Source: Euprymna scolopes
Lineage: Eukaryota
Assembly: GCA_053919585.1 (NCBI GenBank)
Contig: CM132784.1
Strand: one strand, 5' to 3'
DNA length: 64,000 bases
The notes beneath the pieces were generated by a model that was not told where the DNA came from, did not search any database, and was given only the letters and a program-made list of their open reading frames with translations. Below are positions 24,198-37,644 of this stretch, piece after piece (position 1 is the stretch's first letter; each line of letters starts with the position of its first letter). A program made the translations under genes and the position numbers.

Positions 24198-25625
24198 TAC
24201 GAGAGACGTTGTAAAAGTAAAGTTTCATATTTTTATCCCTCTCGAATGTATGAGAAGGCAGTGCAAATTACATTGTTATAATGACTAAACCTATGCAGTT
24301 ATGATCTAAGTTTCATCGACGGTGTGAGACTATAAAAACCCTGCCATGAATACGCGTCAAAGACAGATATGTCTCATAGAATTCTTCCATGCAGAAAAAA
24401 TTCAAATCATCAACATTCATCCGCGTCTGTAGAACGTTTACGAAGCCGATGCAAGTGATTTCAATACAATTAGGAAGTAGGTTCGTCGATTTTAGTGTAG
24501 CAACATATACGAGGTGTCTTAAATAATTTTCCAGACTTGTTTTAGCGTGGCTACTTTTATTGATAGTACACACATGAATCTCTAGTCCCCTTCGAAGTAA
24601 TCTTCTCCAACTGTAATGCACGTTGTACCGTTTCAACAACTCTGGAATCCTCCATGGAAGTCCTCTCCTGTGTGAGTGTCAATGACCTTCATCACAGCCT
24701 CTTTCATCTCTTCAACTGTCTAATAACGACAGCCTCTAAGGTTTTCCTTGAGCTTAGGGAATAATCAAAAGTCACAGGTGCTTAGGTCTAAACTATACAG
24801 ATGGTAAGGACCTCTCTTGATGCCCATCTAAGTACAAATAGTCTGTGATAAGGATAGATTTGTGCAAATTTTCCGCATTTCCAGTTCCTCGCGAATAATT
24901 GTATATACATTTTCCACACTGACTTAAAACAGTACACCTTAATGTCTCTATAGACACGCGAAATTATCCATGAATTTCTTTATTTGGCCAATTAATTTCT
25001 TTACGCCTCTCACACCTCCCATCATCCCTCACAGACTCCCTGCCTTCCTTGAATCTCTTATATCACTCAAAAACTGATGATCGATTCATGCAAGATGGTC
25101 TCAAAACAGTATAAAGCATCCTATATGTTTGTGGCATTTTTTCCCAAGTTTAGAACAGAATTTTATTGCATATCGTTTTTCTAACGTGTCCTCACGTGCA
25201 GATTGCATTAATTTAAATTCAACAGCTGTGACAACCAGGCTTTAGTTGGGTGTATTCCAATTCCTGCTGTGGCTGTTCATTTGAACCTGAAATCATAAAA
25301 ATTGGCCAATCATCTCATAAGCTGTATAGAAAAAACATATTGAATTTTCAAGAGTCTACAATAATTTAGAATGTCTTTTAAAAAAAGGTCTGGAAATTTA
25401 TTGAAGGCACCTCGTACGTAAGTGTCCTCCGGATTTTTACGATCGAGGCATCATTTATCGATGGAAAAATGCATTGAGAATGGTGGTGGCTATGTGACAA
25501 AAATGAATTCTAAAGCACACAATGTTGTTCGTTTTAATGGTATTACTGCCCTCTTCATAATTCTTCTACGTTTTAGTTTCTGAGTAAAAGAAAATGAGAT
25601 GCCTTAATTTTGAAACGCCCCAAAT
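24198..25625 (+). mobile_element. Internally deleted mariner derivative interrupted by a second mariner
   Basis: N-terminal 'MNTRQRQICLIEFFHAEKI' at ~24347 and C-terminal 'EKCIENGGGYV' at ~25461. Degenerate TIRs at both ends. Confidence 0.7.
24510..25414 (-). mobile_element. Nested mariner-family element with TIRs and TA target duplication
   Basis: TA|cgaggtgtcttaaataattttccagac ... gtctggaaatttattgaaggcacctcg|TA. Minus-strand transposase remnants 'YAIKFCSKLGK' and 'DYFEGD*'. Confidence 0.88.
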
Positions 25626-26523
25626 ACAAAGAATATACACCACAGGTAATGTAATTATCCAAGTAATTAAGGATATTAAACGTATTCGTCAAATTAAGAT
25701 TTTGCTTTGTTTCTGAATGAATATGTTTTCGTGCGTTTCATAATGATTATAAATGTGCAGCTTTATTTTCGATCGACTTATCTATCTTTCTAAATTGAAT
25801 TAAATATGAGCTTTCAGGACTGAAATCATGTATACACAAATGTTTCATTGTGGCACAATAATTAATAGCTCTTTTAGTGGAGCCACAGATCCCCACATTT
25901 GGTGACTTATACCAGACGTTCCTTCTACTCGAATAGAGACGAGCATAGTTTTACTATAGTTGTGCTATTAAAACATGGCAGCGATCTATGCCTCGACTAT
26001 GATGACAGATGTTTATAAAATCTCTAAGCAGTTAAGGTAGACACAGGTGCAAAACATAAAATCTACTTGACCGATACCAAGTTTTGTAAAACAATGAGAA
26101 GATTTCAGTCACTTTAGTTTTGATACGTGTCCCCCCCTCTCTCTCTCGTTTTCGTCATGACGAGGGAAAGAGATAATCAGTTTAAATTGGAACCGCGTTG
26201 GCAACGGATCGCCAGCTCAACTTTCAAGTAAAAAAATGTTTATTCAGTTTTGAAAATAAAATAATTATATTTCTGTGTATACGCACACCCGCGCGTGCAC
26301 ATACATAGTCCACAATCAACGATCAGCACGGTGTTTTCTCATCTGACACCATCCTTGGGTGAACTCCGGGCCTTTATAGTATATATACATATATTTATTA
26401 TATATACAAAAAGAATATAATAATACTAGCAGACCGGCATATGTACTCACATCAATACACATGCATACAAACGAAAACACACACACACAAACACACGCGT
26501 AAGCACTATGAGCTATAACCATG

Positions 26524-26568
<45 letters not shown>

Positions 26569-26814
26569 TATATAGATATATATATATAAGAATAAAAGTA
26601 TAGTTACAGTCTAAGATCCGAATATTAATTTTTTATGCAAAACAGTTCCCTTCAGCATGTTTAAATTTCGGTACATTTTTACGGATCCGTTTCGTTATGC
26701 AGAAACAAACGGTGATTAATTCAGTACCGCTTTTTTTTTTCACGCATATACTCCTCTGAAAAATTGGTAATTCCTTGCTTAGATAGAAAAAATGCATGAC
26801 AATATAATGCTTTT

Positions 26815-28930
26815 TTTACATGGAGGTCACAATTTATCAAGGCCCGGAGGCCACTCATGGATAAGTGGTATTAAGTGTACAGTAATCAAAGTAATAGTAT
26901 TGTAGTAATCATTAGTATTGGAGATTTGATAGTGTCTTACTTAAGGGGGCGGTTTGTCAGGAATTTGTTTATGTTGGACTTGAAGACATCCAAGTTGTAG
27001 TCAGGTGGGAAACAAGCAAACGGAAGAGAGTTCAACAGTCGTGCACTTCTGAGAAAGAAGCTCTGCTCATGGAATCTACGTTTGTATTTAGGCGGAGATA
27101 AAAAAGTGGGGAAAATTGTTGACAGTAGTTTCAGCTCGACGGGTGTTTCTCCTGAAAGATTGGTGAGGGGGACGAGAGATTAGAGCTAAGACGAGCACCT
27201 GCCATGGAAATAACGATAAAACAAAGACAGGCTCGCAACGTCTCTTCTGTGGAAGAGAGGTTGCAGGGAAGAGAAAAGGGAATCTCCCACTAAGCTACGA
27301 AGTCTATTTTGTACTCTGTCAAGGCAGGATAGGCTGTTTTTAGCAGCTCCTGTCCAGATGTGGCAGCAGTACTCCATCCTTGGACGTACTTGACTTTTAT
27401 ATAGATAGAGAATTGCATCATTAGTGAGATCTTCTGGAGCGGTAGAAGGATCCCACCATGTTCACAGCGTTCTTGGCAACAGACTTGATGTACGTGTTCC
27501 ATTTCAGATCAGGAGTAAAGGTCAAACCCAAAAGCTTGTCAAAACATGGAGCCTCCCCAACACGAGAGCCATCCATTTCAATTGATGCCATTTGGGGATC
27601 AGAGCGTTGATGATGTAAACATAGAAGCCTGGTTTTGGATGCATTGAAAGTGGCCAGCCACTTCTTCTCCCACCTTACCACGCGCTCAAGGTCAGAGGAA
27701 AGAGAATTAGAGAGCTTTGTCATTTACGGCCTTTGATGTGTTGCCATAGATAGTCGTGTCATCAGCATAGATGTCAATGACTGATTTAAGTATGTGTTTT
27801 GGGAGATCATTGATGAAGATCAGGAAGAGAGTTGGACTCAGGATGGACCCCTGAGACACTCATTAATACTGTGGGCCTCTGATTTCTGCCCATCAACCAC
27901 TACTCTTATGAACCTATCGGAGAGAAATGATTTAATGATTGAGAAAACATTTCCAGTAATACCGTAGCTGGAAATCTTGTGAAGTAGGTCCTTATGCCAT
28001 ACCTTATCGAAGGCCTTCCATATGTCAAGAGCAATTGCTCTGGAAAGGAAGCCTTTGTCAAGAGATTCACTAATCTTATCAGATATAACCGTTAGCACAT
28101 CAGCTGTAGATCTCGCAGAGCGGAAACCATATTGCATGTCACTAAGAAGGTTGTTTTCGCTGAGGTGGTTGACTACTTCTTTATTTAATATGGATTCCAA
28201 CAACTTACTCATGAAACACAGAAGACTTATTGGTTTGTACTGAGAGGGAGATGACTTTTCACCTGAATTCTTAAATACAGGGCTGATGAGGTTTTCCATG
28301 GTGTTGGAAAGCACTTCTCCTTAAGGCAACGATTAAAGAGTTTTGTAAGTATAGGGGCTGGTTCTGGTTGGAGCTTTTTCAGCACTCTAATTGGAATGCC
28401 GTCAGGGCCAGTTGCTTTACTGGAATCACGGTTCTTGATTAGCTTGGCGACCTCACGCACAGATATTTGTATGTTGCTTAGCGTATTGTCTGTTTTAGGA
28501 GGAAATGCGGGGAGTTGATGGCCTTCGTCGCATAGGGTAGAATTAGCTGCAAAGTTCTTGGCAAATAGTCTGGCCTTGTCTGATGATGACGAGATGATGT
28601 TAGGTCCATTGATGATGGTTGGGATAGAACGCACGCTTCTGTTCAGGATCCTGTTTGCTATTTGCCAAAACTGGTGGGGACCAAGCCGCTGCTCAGCTAC
28701 TTTGGATTTAACGGACTGAACATATAGCTCTCTTGCATTTTTTATTACTCTTTTACCGTGGTTGCTGGCAGTCTTGAAATCAGCTTTAGTCTCAGTACAT
28801 CTATTACATTGGTAGCTATGGAAAAAAGTCATTTCTGTGCGCGATGGCAGCAGCACATCCTTAGGAGAACCATGGCTGGCTGTTAGTTTTTTATTGGAAT
28901 TTGTTGGATGATATGAATCGGTCTATGCCT
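26815..28930 (-). mobile_element. CR1-group LINE family B, ~2.1 kb 5'-truncated, frameshifted
   Basis: ORFs 28227-28856, 27838-28314, 27421-27723 and 27186-27377 are successive RT pieces collinear with 6967-8413. Confidence 0.95.
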
Positions 28931-30249
28931 ACAATTAACCATTCGGTCAGGTCTGATACTATAGAGGGCACATGCTGCATGAAGAAAAAAGTTTATAGTT
29001 GACTCAACATTGTGTGTTTGTTCCAACATTCGTCTTTGCTCAACTTCAGCACAATATGTCTTACCCAAATAATTCTCAGAGGAAAATTAATGAAATCAAT
29101 TACCGCAAACAACTTCAAGAGAAAACCCGTCCAAAGAGGATGTGGCTATAGTTTTATCGTTTTCAAAATCCGTGGAGTTGATATATCACTGCGACACGGA
29201 AAACCAAGCTACTCTTCCGGCAATCAATATCATTACTTCTGAGGGAACACTGGTTAACGTCAGAAACTATCTTTATAACAAATCGATAACGGTTTCCTAT
29301 TGATCGTGTTTAACTCAATTATTATTTTCTAATATTTCTTCTCATATCAGAGGTAAAATCATTTACCTGCAAATTTAAAATATTACTTTAGAGCATCAAT
29401 CTATTCGCCTGTAAGTAGGTATATCACGTTTAAGATTTAAATATAATTTTAATCATGGCGTGTATGGACAAATGTTAAAATCGTATTAAAATTCAAATAG
29501 GATTACTGATCAAAAGCAAACATGATACCCAAATAAGCATTCGACAAAAAAAAAAAAATAGACTTGCTCGAAAAGTTGAGAAGAATAGTGATTCGACCGA
29601 AAATGTTGGGTGGTCTTGGAGATATTGATTGTCCGGTTATTGATCACCGTCTAATGAACCTTGCCCGTGCTTCCTGCATCCTGCAACAAATTGAATCGTG
29701 AGTGAGAGTGAGAGGGAAATGGGTGGTGACTAACGACCTCGCAGGAAACCTTAGACCTTGTACCTACTTACTTCGATGGCGTCGTTGTTATTTGTTTTTT
29801 TTTTCATTGCTGTTGTTTTTCTTGTTTGTTCTTGCTGTTAGTTGAAGAACCCAATTCCATACGTCAGTTTTGTCTTTGTACTTTCCCCCCGTATCTTGGA
29901 ATTTTTAATTTACTTTGTTTTTCACATTTACGTACGACCCTAACGTCCTTATGAAGTGCTTCGTCTGTCAATCATGTTTTAGTTCAAATAAACAAACCGC
30001 GCAAATTAATTGACATATCGGATATTTTATTGCTTATAGATAACCCGCTTATTAAAGTCCGGGGTCTACTCGGGGATAAGAGTTAATGGAATTTTCAGTT
30101 GGACGATCAAACCCATCCCAAACGGATGAAATAGGCAGAAGATGAGTTGATTATCCAAGATGATATCAAGAAAATTTGTTTAAATTTGACTTGAACGAGA
30201 TTATGATCTATTTGGTTGAGAAGTAACATCGTAGTATTTTATTCTGTAG

Positions 30250-30625
30250 ATGGGGAGAAGTTCCGATTTTGTTTTTTGCACACGCAGAGAAGTTAGTGAC
30301 TCTGGGTTACATAAACATGAGAGGAACAACATAGCAAAATACAAAGGTCTTGCGTATAACATGACAAGAAATAGGAATCTTCGGAAGATCTCAATTATTC
30401 TGGTAATTATAATAACAAGCAAACTCATAAAAATGAATTTCAAAAAGTACCTGGCAAATATACCCCGCGAAGTACAAGAGATATAAACAATTGAACTAAA
30501 GGGACAGTAAGAATTTTAAAAGTATCTCTCGGTTAGAATATTTTAGATAGCAGGTGAATATCTGGCATCCAGTAGGACTCCTCGTCCCCAGCTAGAACAA
30601 AATAAGAAAATTGAAAAAAAATAAA
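30250..30625 (+). mobile_element. RLE-type (R4/Dong-like) non-LTR 3' remnant
   Basis: ORF reads 'ERNNIAKYKGLAYNMTR...KISIILVII...NFKKYLANIP...EI'. The 3' UTR gatagcaggtgaatatctggcatcc...agctagaacaaaat matches 23810-23870. Confidence 0.7.
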
Positions 30626-30651
30626 ATTATATATATATGTATATATGTATA

Positions 30652-31410
30652 TCAGGAGACCCCGCGCTGTCCGGTATTGAATGACAATGAACGCATATTC
30701 CAACCTTCCATATTTTTATTGTCATCGGAATCGGTGAAATCGACCATTTTTTAAAAAATTAAATCGATTATCTGCTCTAGTAAACCCCTTCCCTTGTACC
30801 GGAAGAAAGCTTCACATGTCTCCTCACCACACTATTCTGTAATCTACATTGCAATGTAGAGAATTTGCTGTTGATTTTTTAAAATTATATCTAAGTAATG
30901 GCTGCACTTAAATTTTAAAATGCAAAAGTCAACTATCATAGTTCAATTATGCTCTAGACAAAAATATACATTTCGATCGCGATTCCGTCTTATCAGAGAA
31001 CCAACTACTGATTTTAGGAAATTATTTTCACATAATTAGTTGAATTAAAGTTAAATGTACGAAAGTTAAGTACCCTGGTTCAATTGTGCTCTAAAAAAAC
31101 ATTCATTTCGACTGCACCACTGTTTATAAAAGAATCTACAGTTGATTTTATAGACTGTGTCTTTCTGCTTTCCTGGTGATAAAACATATTAACGGCACTT
31201 GTGTTTTTAGATTGTAGAACAGTGTTAACTTTTGTCGAAATCAACCTTCCTTCTTTAATCGAATGTTTTCGATTATCGGTACTTATCCGAAGCATTCAGA
31301 TACAAAAACTGCGGAAGAACACTCCCAGATACATAAAGCGTGTAATAAAAAAAAACCCGGCAAAGCCGTTTCCACGTGCACAGAAAACGAACTCACATAT
31401 ACATAATTTA
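30652..31410 (-). mobile_element. Non-autonomous Helitron-like family H4
   Basis: Collinear with 56415-57200. Has a hairpin-like end next to a TA-rich tract. Confidence 0.7.
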
Positions 31411-31713
31411 AGGACTTGTTCCTTCTGTAGAAAGCAACCATTTATTAAATCGCCTGACTAGGACTTCTGATTTTAACCGACCATTTGTCTGAAAGATTAA
31501 CATCCCAGTGTCACGACCATGTAAATTGGTTTACATTAATAAAGATGTATCTTACTCTTCTTTTTTTGAACACTGTTTATAACCTCATTAAATTCATTAG
31601 TTATTACCTTTGAATACTTTTAACACCATATATAATTAACCAGAATATATTAATAAAGGTAATCCAAAACTATATTAATAACGTATAAAATGTAGTATAT
31701 ATATAAAAATAAA

Positions 31714-31766
<53 letters not shown>

Positions 31767-32236
31767 TGGCAGTTTTAGTCATTTAGAACTGCTTTAAAGC
31801 TTCACCGCCCACTCCTTTTTCGATCAAATTTCAAACAATTATTACAGTTCATAGATCACCTTCTCTGCTATATTGTGGAAAATAATTCTCAATTTTCGTT
31901 CAGTAAATAAAAGTTATGATGAATTTACTAGTGTTCAAAGTCGTAAAAAAACGTAAGGAGGTGAGCGACGTTTTTTATTACTGGTTTCCATAGCAACTAC
32001 GTCGCTTCAGCAACTACTGTTGCTACTAATCCACCGCTCTCGCGAAAAGAGAAGTAACAAGTGAAATAGAGAAAATGAAAGAATGAAAGGGAGATAATTG
32101 GGGGGATTTTATTGAAAGCAGACGAGTGCCGTACATTGTTATTTCATATTTGTATGTTATGTTTATTGGGGGCAAAAAATAAGACTGAAATTAAATAAAA
32201 AACAAATGAACTTACTAGAAGCCTGGAAAAATCATG

Positions 32237-32579
32237 CATTACAATAGAAAAACGCGAGCATGAAAAGTAATATGGTTAAGCTTAAACGTGGAAAAGTAAA
32301 GGACTAGTGTTTAAAACTGGAAAAGAAAAGGACAATATATTCTAGTCAAAAATATATTAAATTTATAACTTAAAATATTCCAGCATTAAGAAATGTTTTC
32401 TTAAATTCAATTTATAACATTGTACAATCAATTCTTAATGCTGCAATATTTTAAGTTATAAATTTATATTTTTTACTAGAATATCTTGCCCTTTTCTTTT
32501 TCGGTTTTAGCAACTAGTCCTTTACTTTTCCATGTTTAAGCTTAACCATATTACTTTTCATGCTCGCATGTTTCTATTG

Positions 32580-32583
<4 letters not shown>
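32237..32583. repeat. Long fold-back inverted repeat (~155-bp arms, ~35-bp spacer)
   Basis: attacaatagaaa...gcgagcatgaaaagtaatatggttaagcttaaac is mirrored by gtttaagcttaaccatattacttttcatgctcgc...tttctattgtaat. Confidence 0.92.
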
Positions 32584-32618
<35 letters not shown>

Positions 32619-33147
32619 TTTTTACATATTTTTAATAAATAAATAAGAATGTAAATATATAAAGTACTAATAATAGTAGGGGGTGAAAAGTATTAAAATG
32701 GATTAATCCTAATCTTATAAATACAACACTGGTAAATAAAAAAAATATATATCCATTTTGAATTTGGAAACAAGGACGACTCTCACAGGTAAGGAAGATA
32801 TTTTTTATAACATGAATAGGGGAGCCAAATTAATCAGGAGTAGGTAACTAGATCCAATATCTGGAACATTTTTTATTCTTGTAATTCAGGAAGGTGGTGT
32901 TTGATCGACACTGCTGGTGAGCCATGATTTAATGTACTGTTTTGTTTTTAAATTCCCGAAATAGTGTTTCATGGCCAACAACTGATGATCACTTAAATTA
33001 GCATTAGGACTATTGTGAATTCGAAAGAGCAAGTTGATGCATTGATTACAGGTGATTAAATGACTAAATAGTTTTCCAACGAATGATAAAAAATATACAA
33101 ATTTTTATATAGTTTTAAAGGTTAAAAAACTTCCAAGATTCTCTCTT

Positions 33148-33221
<74 letters not shown>

Positions 33222-33223
<2 letters not shown>

Positions 33224-33968
33224 CCTTTGGGACTTTACACAACCGATCGCCACAGTCGATTGAAAATTTCTTGGGGCGACTAAAATTTGTAAATCACTCG
33301 CCCGCCAGTCGATAAAATTTCTTTAAATAAAGAAACGGGAAAAACTCATTTATTTTACGGCCCTTAAATATGCGGTGACTTAGAATGACCAATGTCTCAT
33401 CATTTGTGAATTCTTTCATCTCTAGCTGTGAGACCGTTGGAATATCATATTGAAAAAAGAGAGGTCACGCTAAAGGTCAACAAGAGGTCAAATTTACACA
33501 TTCGGAGTGTAGTCAAAATGTCGCCTTCATTTAGCTCTCTGATTTTGAAATTCATTTTGAAAACAACTTCTTCGACGCTACATACACTTCATGCTTACAA
33601 ATGTAAAGAACAATTGAAAGAGGAAAAAAAAAACGCATCGTTCCGTCAAGCATCCGAAGAAATGATTCTTATTTCTATGGAACAATGATATGATTAATGC
33701 CATATAAAGAAACTGGTGCTGTATTTTAACGATTTGTTGAAAAGTAACTGAAATGTTTGTAGTAATAAAATAGTTGATTTTCAAGAGTTAAACAAATATT
33801 TTCTTGTTAGATTATACACACGGTAATTTCTTGAAGTGTTGTAAAATTATTTACTATTGTTGACTGAAACAAAGACAAAGTCGGACGAGTAAAAATATTT
33901 TGGGGCGAGTAAATTTTCCCTCACCCTTGACCGGCGGTCGAGTGATTTATTTTTCAAAACTCAAAGGT

Positions 33969-33970
<2 letters not shown>
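33222..33970. mobile_element. MITE with short TIRs and subterminal tcgccc/gggcga repeats, inserted in microsatellite
   Basis: Termini agcctttg ... caaaggttg, with repeated GGGCGA(C/G)TAAA and CACTCG motifs. Flanked by (TA)n and (TG)n. The superfamily (hAT-like) is a guess. Confidence 0.6.
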
Positions 33971-34027
<57 letters not shown>

Positions 34028-34816
34028 AAGAGATAGAATATTTGCGTATAAGTATCTCAATAAGTAGTCCCGTCTGTCGTTTCTTTGTCTGTCACATTTT
34101 ACTTGACTATAACATTTATGTTAGTTTGTTTTATTTTAAATAACATGCTTATTTATTTGCAAGAATGTAGTTTAAAATCATTACACGAAACCAAATGAAC
34201 TGAAACTGCGAAAACAGTGCGAAAAATACGTTTGGTGACACTGTCATCTCTTATTATCAGAGAAGGGGCTCTTGAAGGGTCACTGAATTTCTTGATAGGA
34301 TTACTGTTACACAAATTTTAGAGATGTCAATCATCGGCATGAAAGAAATGGTAAACGACAGTTGTAATAGCACAAAGTCATTTCCAACGATTATCAAAAG
34401 AAGCGAAGAGTGATAGAAACTGACGAGACTTGTTACTCAGTTTCCAGGGTTCACAAATTATCATTGTTTTCTTTTATGCGTATCGATTTTTAGCTAATAT
34501 TAGCCGGTCATATTTCAATGGATTTGGTTTTCGAATTCCATGTTCACTGCGTGCAATAATGAATCACAACAGCGGCATCAGCCAAACCGGAAGTGATCGA
34601 AGGAGCAAAGTTTATTTTACTAAGAAGGTCAGTAGAGGAAATAAAAAAAAGCAATCAGTCTCATTTCCTGTCTAGACTATAGAGTCGACGGTCATGCTTC
34701 TTTCTCATTGGCCATTTAGATATATTCAGTTTTAACACATTCCACTCTCCCACTCTTTCTGTCCAGTTCTAAGCCGCGTTGTTTTCTTTCTCGGCACAAC
34801 TTTATACACCTACATA

Positions 34817-35458
34817 CTAGCAGAAATACCCAGCGTTGGTTACGATTAGGTGAATAACCCTGTGTTCTTTATCGCACAGCTCATTAACACCAACTTGCCT
34901 TATTGATCTTATTTGTTTATAATTTAGAATACTTAGTCTTTGAGTGAGTCCAAGCATGTACCGAATACTGATTGGGCGAAAGAAGTGTCAGAATAAAAAT
35001 ATTAACTGAAATACTCTTTGGTGAATTTATGGTTTTATACCATCAGGAGACCCGTATAGTGTTTTTGCCGAATCAATGAGGGCCTTTAATGCACTCTCGT
35101 TCCAAACCTTGAATTTTTATTATTTTCAGTTTTTGTGATTTTTCACATTGTAAATAAAATAAAGTTATGTTTCAATTAACCGCAATTTTAATCGTCCTAA
35201 TAAACCGTAATTTGCAATAGTGGCTAACTTCTTACAAAATTTCTGTATCTCACTCTCAGTATCTCTTACTATACGTTGTTTGACAAACAACGTGTATTTT
35301 ATAAGCAAGCAGAGTACGAGAGAGAAAAAAAGATTAAGGGGGGGGTTAGTGAGTAGCAAGAAACTTATTTTAGATTTTTTTTTATTAAAAATTAACTGGA
35401 TTTGAAAAAACAATTTTTCCTGATTAAAAGAATTTTACCTGTTATCAATAAGCGACCG
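34817..35458 (-). mobile_element. Probable Helitron-like element running into a gap
   Basis: The terminus actagcagaaatacccagcgttgg resembles 16452. Confidence 0.45.
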
Positions 35459-35598
35459 NNNNNNNNNNNNNNNNNNNNNNNNNNNNNNNNNNNNNNNNNN
35501 NNNNNNNNNNNNNNNNNNNNNNNNNNNNNNNNNNNNNNNNNNNNNNNNNNNNNNNNNNNNNNNNNNNNNNNNNNNNNNNNNNNNNNNNNTTATTAAAT

Positions 35599-35716
35599 AC
35601 CTACAGACACTAATGTTTCATATTTTCGGTAATCTTCAGTGCAGATTCGAACCCGGCGATAGAAGCCATCTCTGGCTTCATTTAGCAAGGACCACATCCA
35701 TTCAGCTACCGTTACA
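35599..35716 (-). ncRNA. Compact tRNA(Ser/Leu)-like head fused to a type I hammerhead (family 3)
   Basis: Minus strand: A box TAGCTGAATGG, hairpin gaagcca-gaga-tggcttc, B box GGTTCGAATC, then atctgca-CTGAAGA-(13 nt)-GAA-acattagtgt-C-tgtaggt. Confidence 0.75.
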
Positions 35717-35722
35717 CACACA

Positions 35723-35757
<35 letters not shown>

Positions 35758-35877
35758 TATTTTATGTGACTGTAAAGGAACCTGGATTGAAAAACACTAT
35801 AAATAACTTCGATACCGTTGTATGTAATCTTTATATAGAATATGATTTGAAATCAATTTAAATCTTCAAAAATACTT

Positions 35878-36830
35878 ACGATAGGTGCTCAGTAAGTAAT
35901 GTCCTTGATCCATTTACCGTTGAGTAATCTAGCTAAAATTTTCCAAGTGCAATAATTTATATCTCTATGGGTTGTGTGATAAATTACAGCTTTTAACGAA
36001 CAGTAGTTTCTGATTTACAGATGTTTGAACAGAGTTACATGTGAATTAGAGCTTGTTGAGTGCCATGCAGTGATCCAGTTTTTGTATATAAAGAACTTAC
36101 ACCACAGGAAGTTTTTACCGAAATGAAAGAAACATATCGTAAGGATGCTCCGTCACATGTTCCTATAAAAAAAATAGGCATCGTTAATTTAAATATGGAA
36201 TCTGTGGAAATAGCTCACAGGAAATAGCTCGCAATTTATACAGGGAATCTGTGGAAATAGCTCACAGGAAATAGCTCGCAATTTATACAGGGAATCTGTG
36301 GAAATAGGTCGCAGACCTGGTCGTCCTCCGTCTCCCACTGATGAGGCATATGTAAGACATGTTGAGGCAGGTTGCCATTTTTTAAATCATCTCATGACTA
36401 TTCGCCAAATAGCTCAAGAGATCTAAATTAGTACATAGTCCAATGAGACTATTGTTCATTACCGTCTGCATATGCATAAGGTGTCCGCCGGATGAAATAC
36501 CAGGTTGCTTACATGTTTACAGAAGCGGAAACGCATCGAGTGGTCGTGGATGAATTTGAAGATGAGCCAATGCTTTTCAAAGGACTGATTACACGAGGTG
36601 AAAACTGGGTTTATCACTATGGTTAAGAGACTAAAGCCCAGTCAATATAGTTAAATTCCTTGAACTAACCACCGCTAAAGACGATAAGGGTTCAGCCCTC
36701 CACTTGCAAAGTCACGCTCGCAGTGTTCTAGAATCAGGACAAAGTAGTAATAACCAATTTCTTGGCAATGTGTATCATAATTACAGGTGCTTACAATAAT
36801 TCGCTTTTGAGAAAAGTAACGTAGAAAAGA
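35878..36830 (+). mobile_element. Degenerate mariner transposon (5' TIR and transposase remnant)
   Basis: TA|cgataggtgctcagtaagtaatgtcc TIR. Remnants of the WVPRLL, GDETWVYHY (GENWVYHY) and KVMLxVFW motifs. Confidence 0.8.
36197..36307 (+). repeat. 47-bp tandem repeat (~2.4 copies) inside the mariner
   Basis: ggaatctgtggaaatagctcacaggaaatagctcgcaatttatacag at 36197 and 36244, with a partial copy at 36291. Confidence 0.95.
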
Positions 36831-37644
36831 GGTAGACAATATTAAATTTCATTTGACCTGATTTAACATGATTACATATTTTCAATCACCATTGCCATCT
36901 TTAAAAGTTATCCAATTACTGTTTGTTTCGGAAAAAAATAATGACCATATTTTTAAGTTTTTCGGCGACTATTGACTTCGGATTGATCATGATAGTATCT
37001 AAAATTACCACAAAGTCAGGGATAACCGTGGTCATATTGAATAGTATTCATACAACTATTTAACACAGCAGAGATCATGATCATATGTAAATTTCCCAGT
37101 GACTACTGGTTACAAGAATTACTGAAACTATATCTAAAAGCGATCCAAACCTAATTGATTACGAGAGTAAGAATAATGTCTAAGACACTTGTAGAAGTAC
37201 ACCAGACACCTAAGCTACAGCAGTAACCTTAATCATATGTAAAATTCCCTCCAACGGTTACCATGACTATACGTAAAACATTTCAAAACCTAGGAGATTG
37301 ATTATGACCATAACAATTATTATGCTACTGGGTTTTCATGAATATATATAAAGTGCCTAACACTTACTGCGCAATGGTAGGATTTCCCAACTAATGTTAC
37401 ACCTAATTCTGGAGTTCCTTAATTGCCAATGATTCTCTCAAGAGATTCTGATAAATTAGGCAGAGATTATTATGCCTTTGCACATATGTACAAAAAGCCT
37501 TTTTTTAGTTTTATTTTACAAATCTTATTTTCATGTACGGAATTATGAATAAACCACAAAAACGATTAAGTTATGTGCTTGAACGAGATATAAGAATATG
37601 TTGATTGTTTTTCTTTTCAAAATTATTAATAAATTAGAGAAAAG

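Noticed and set aside
36197-36307. Direct repeats resembling an array
   Set aside because: The units are identical with no unique spacers. It is a simple tandem duplication in a mariner, not CRISPR.
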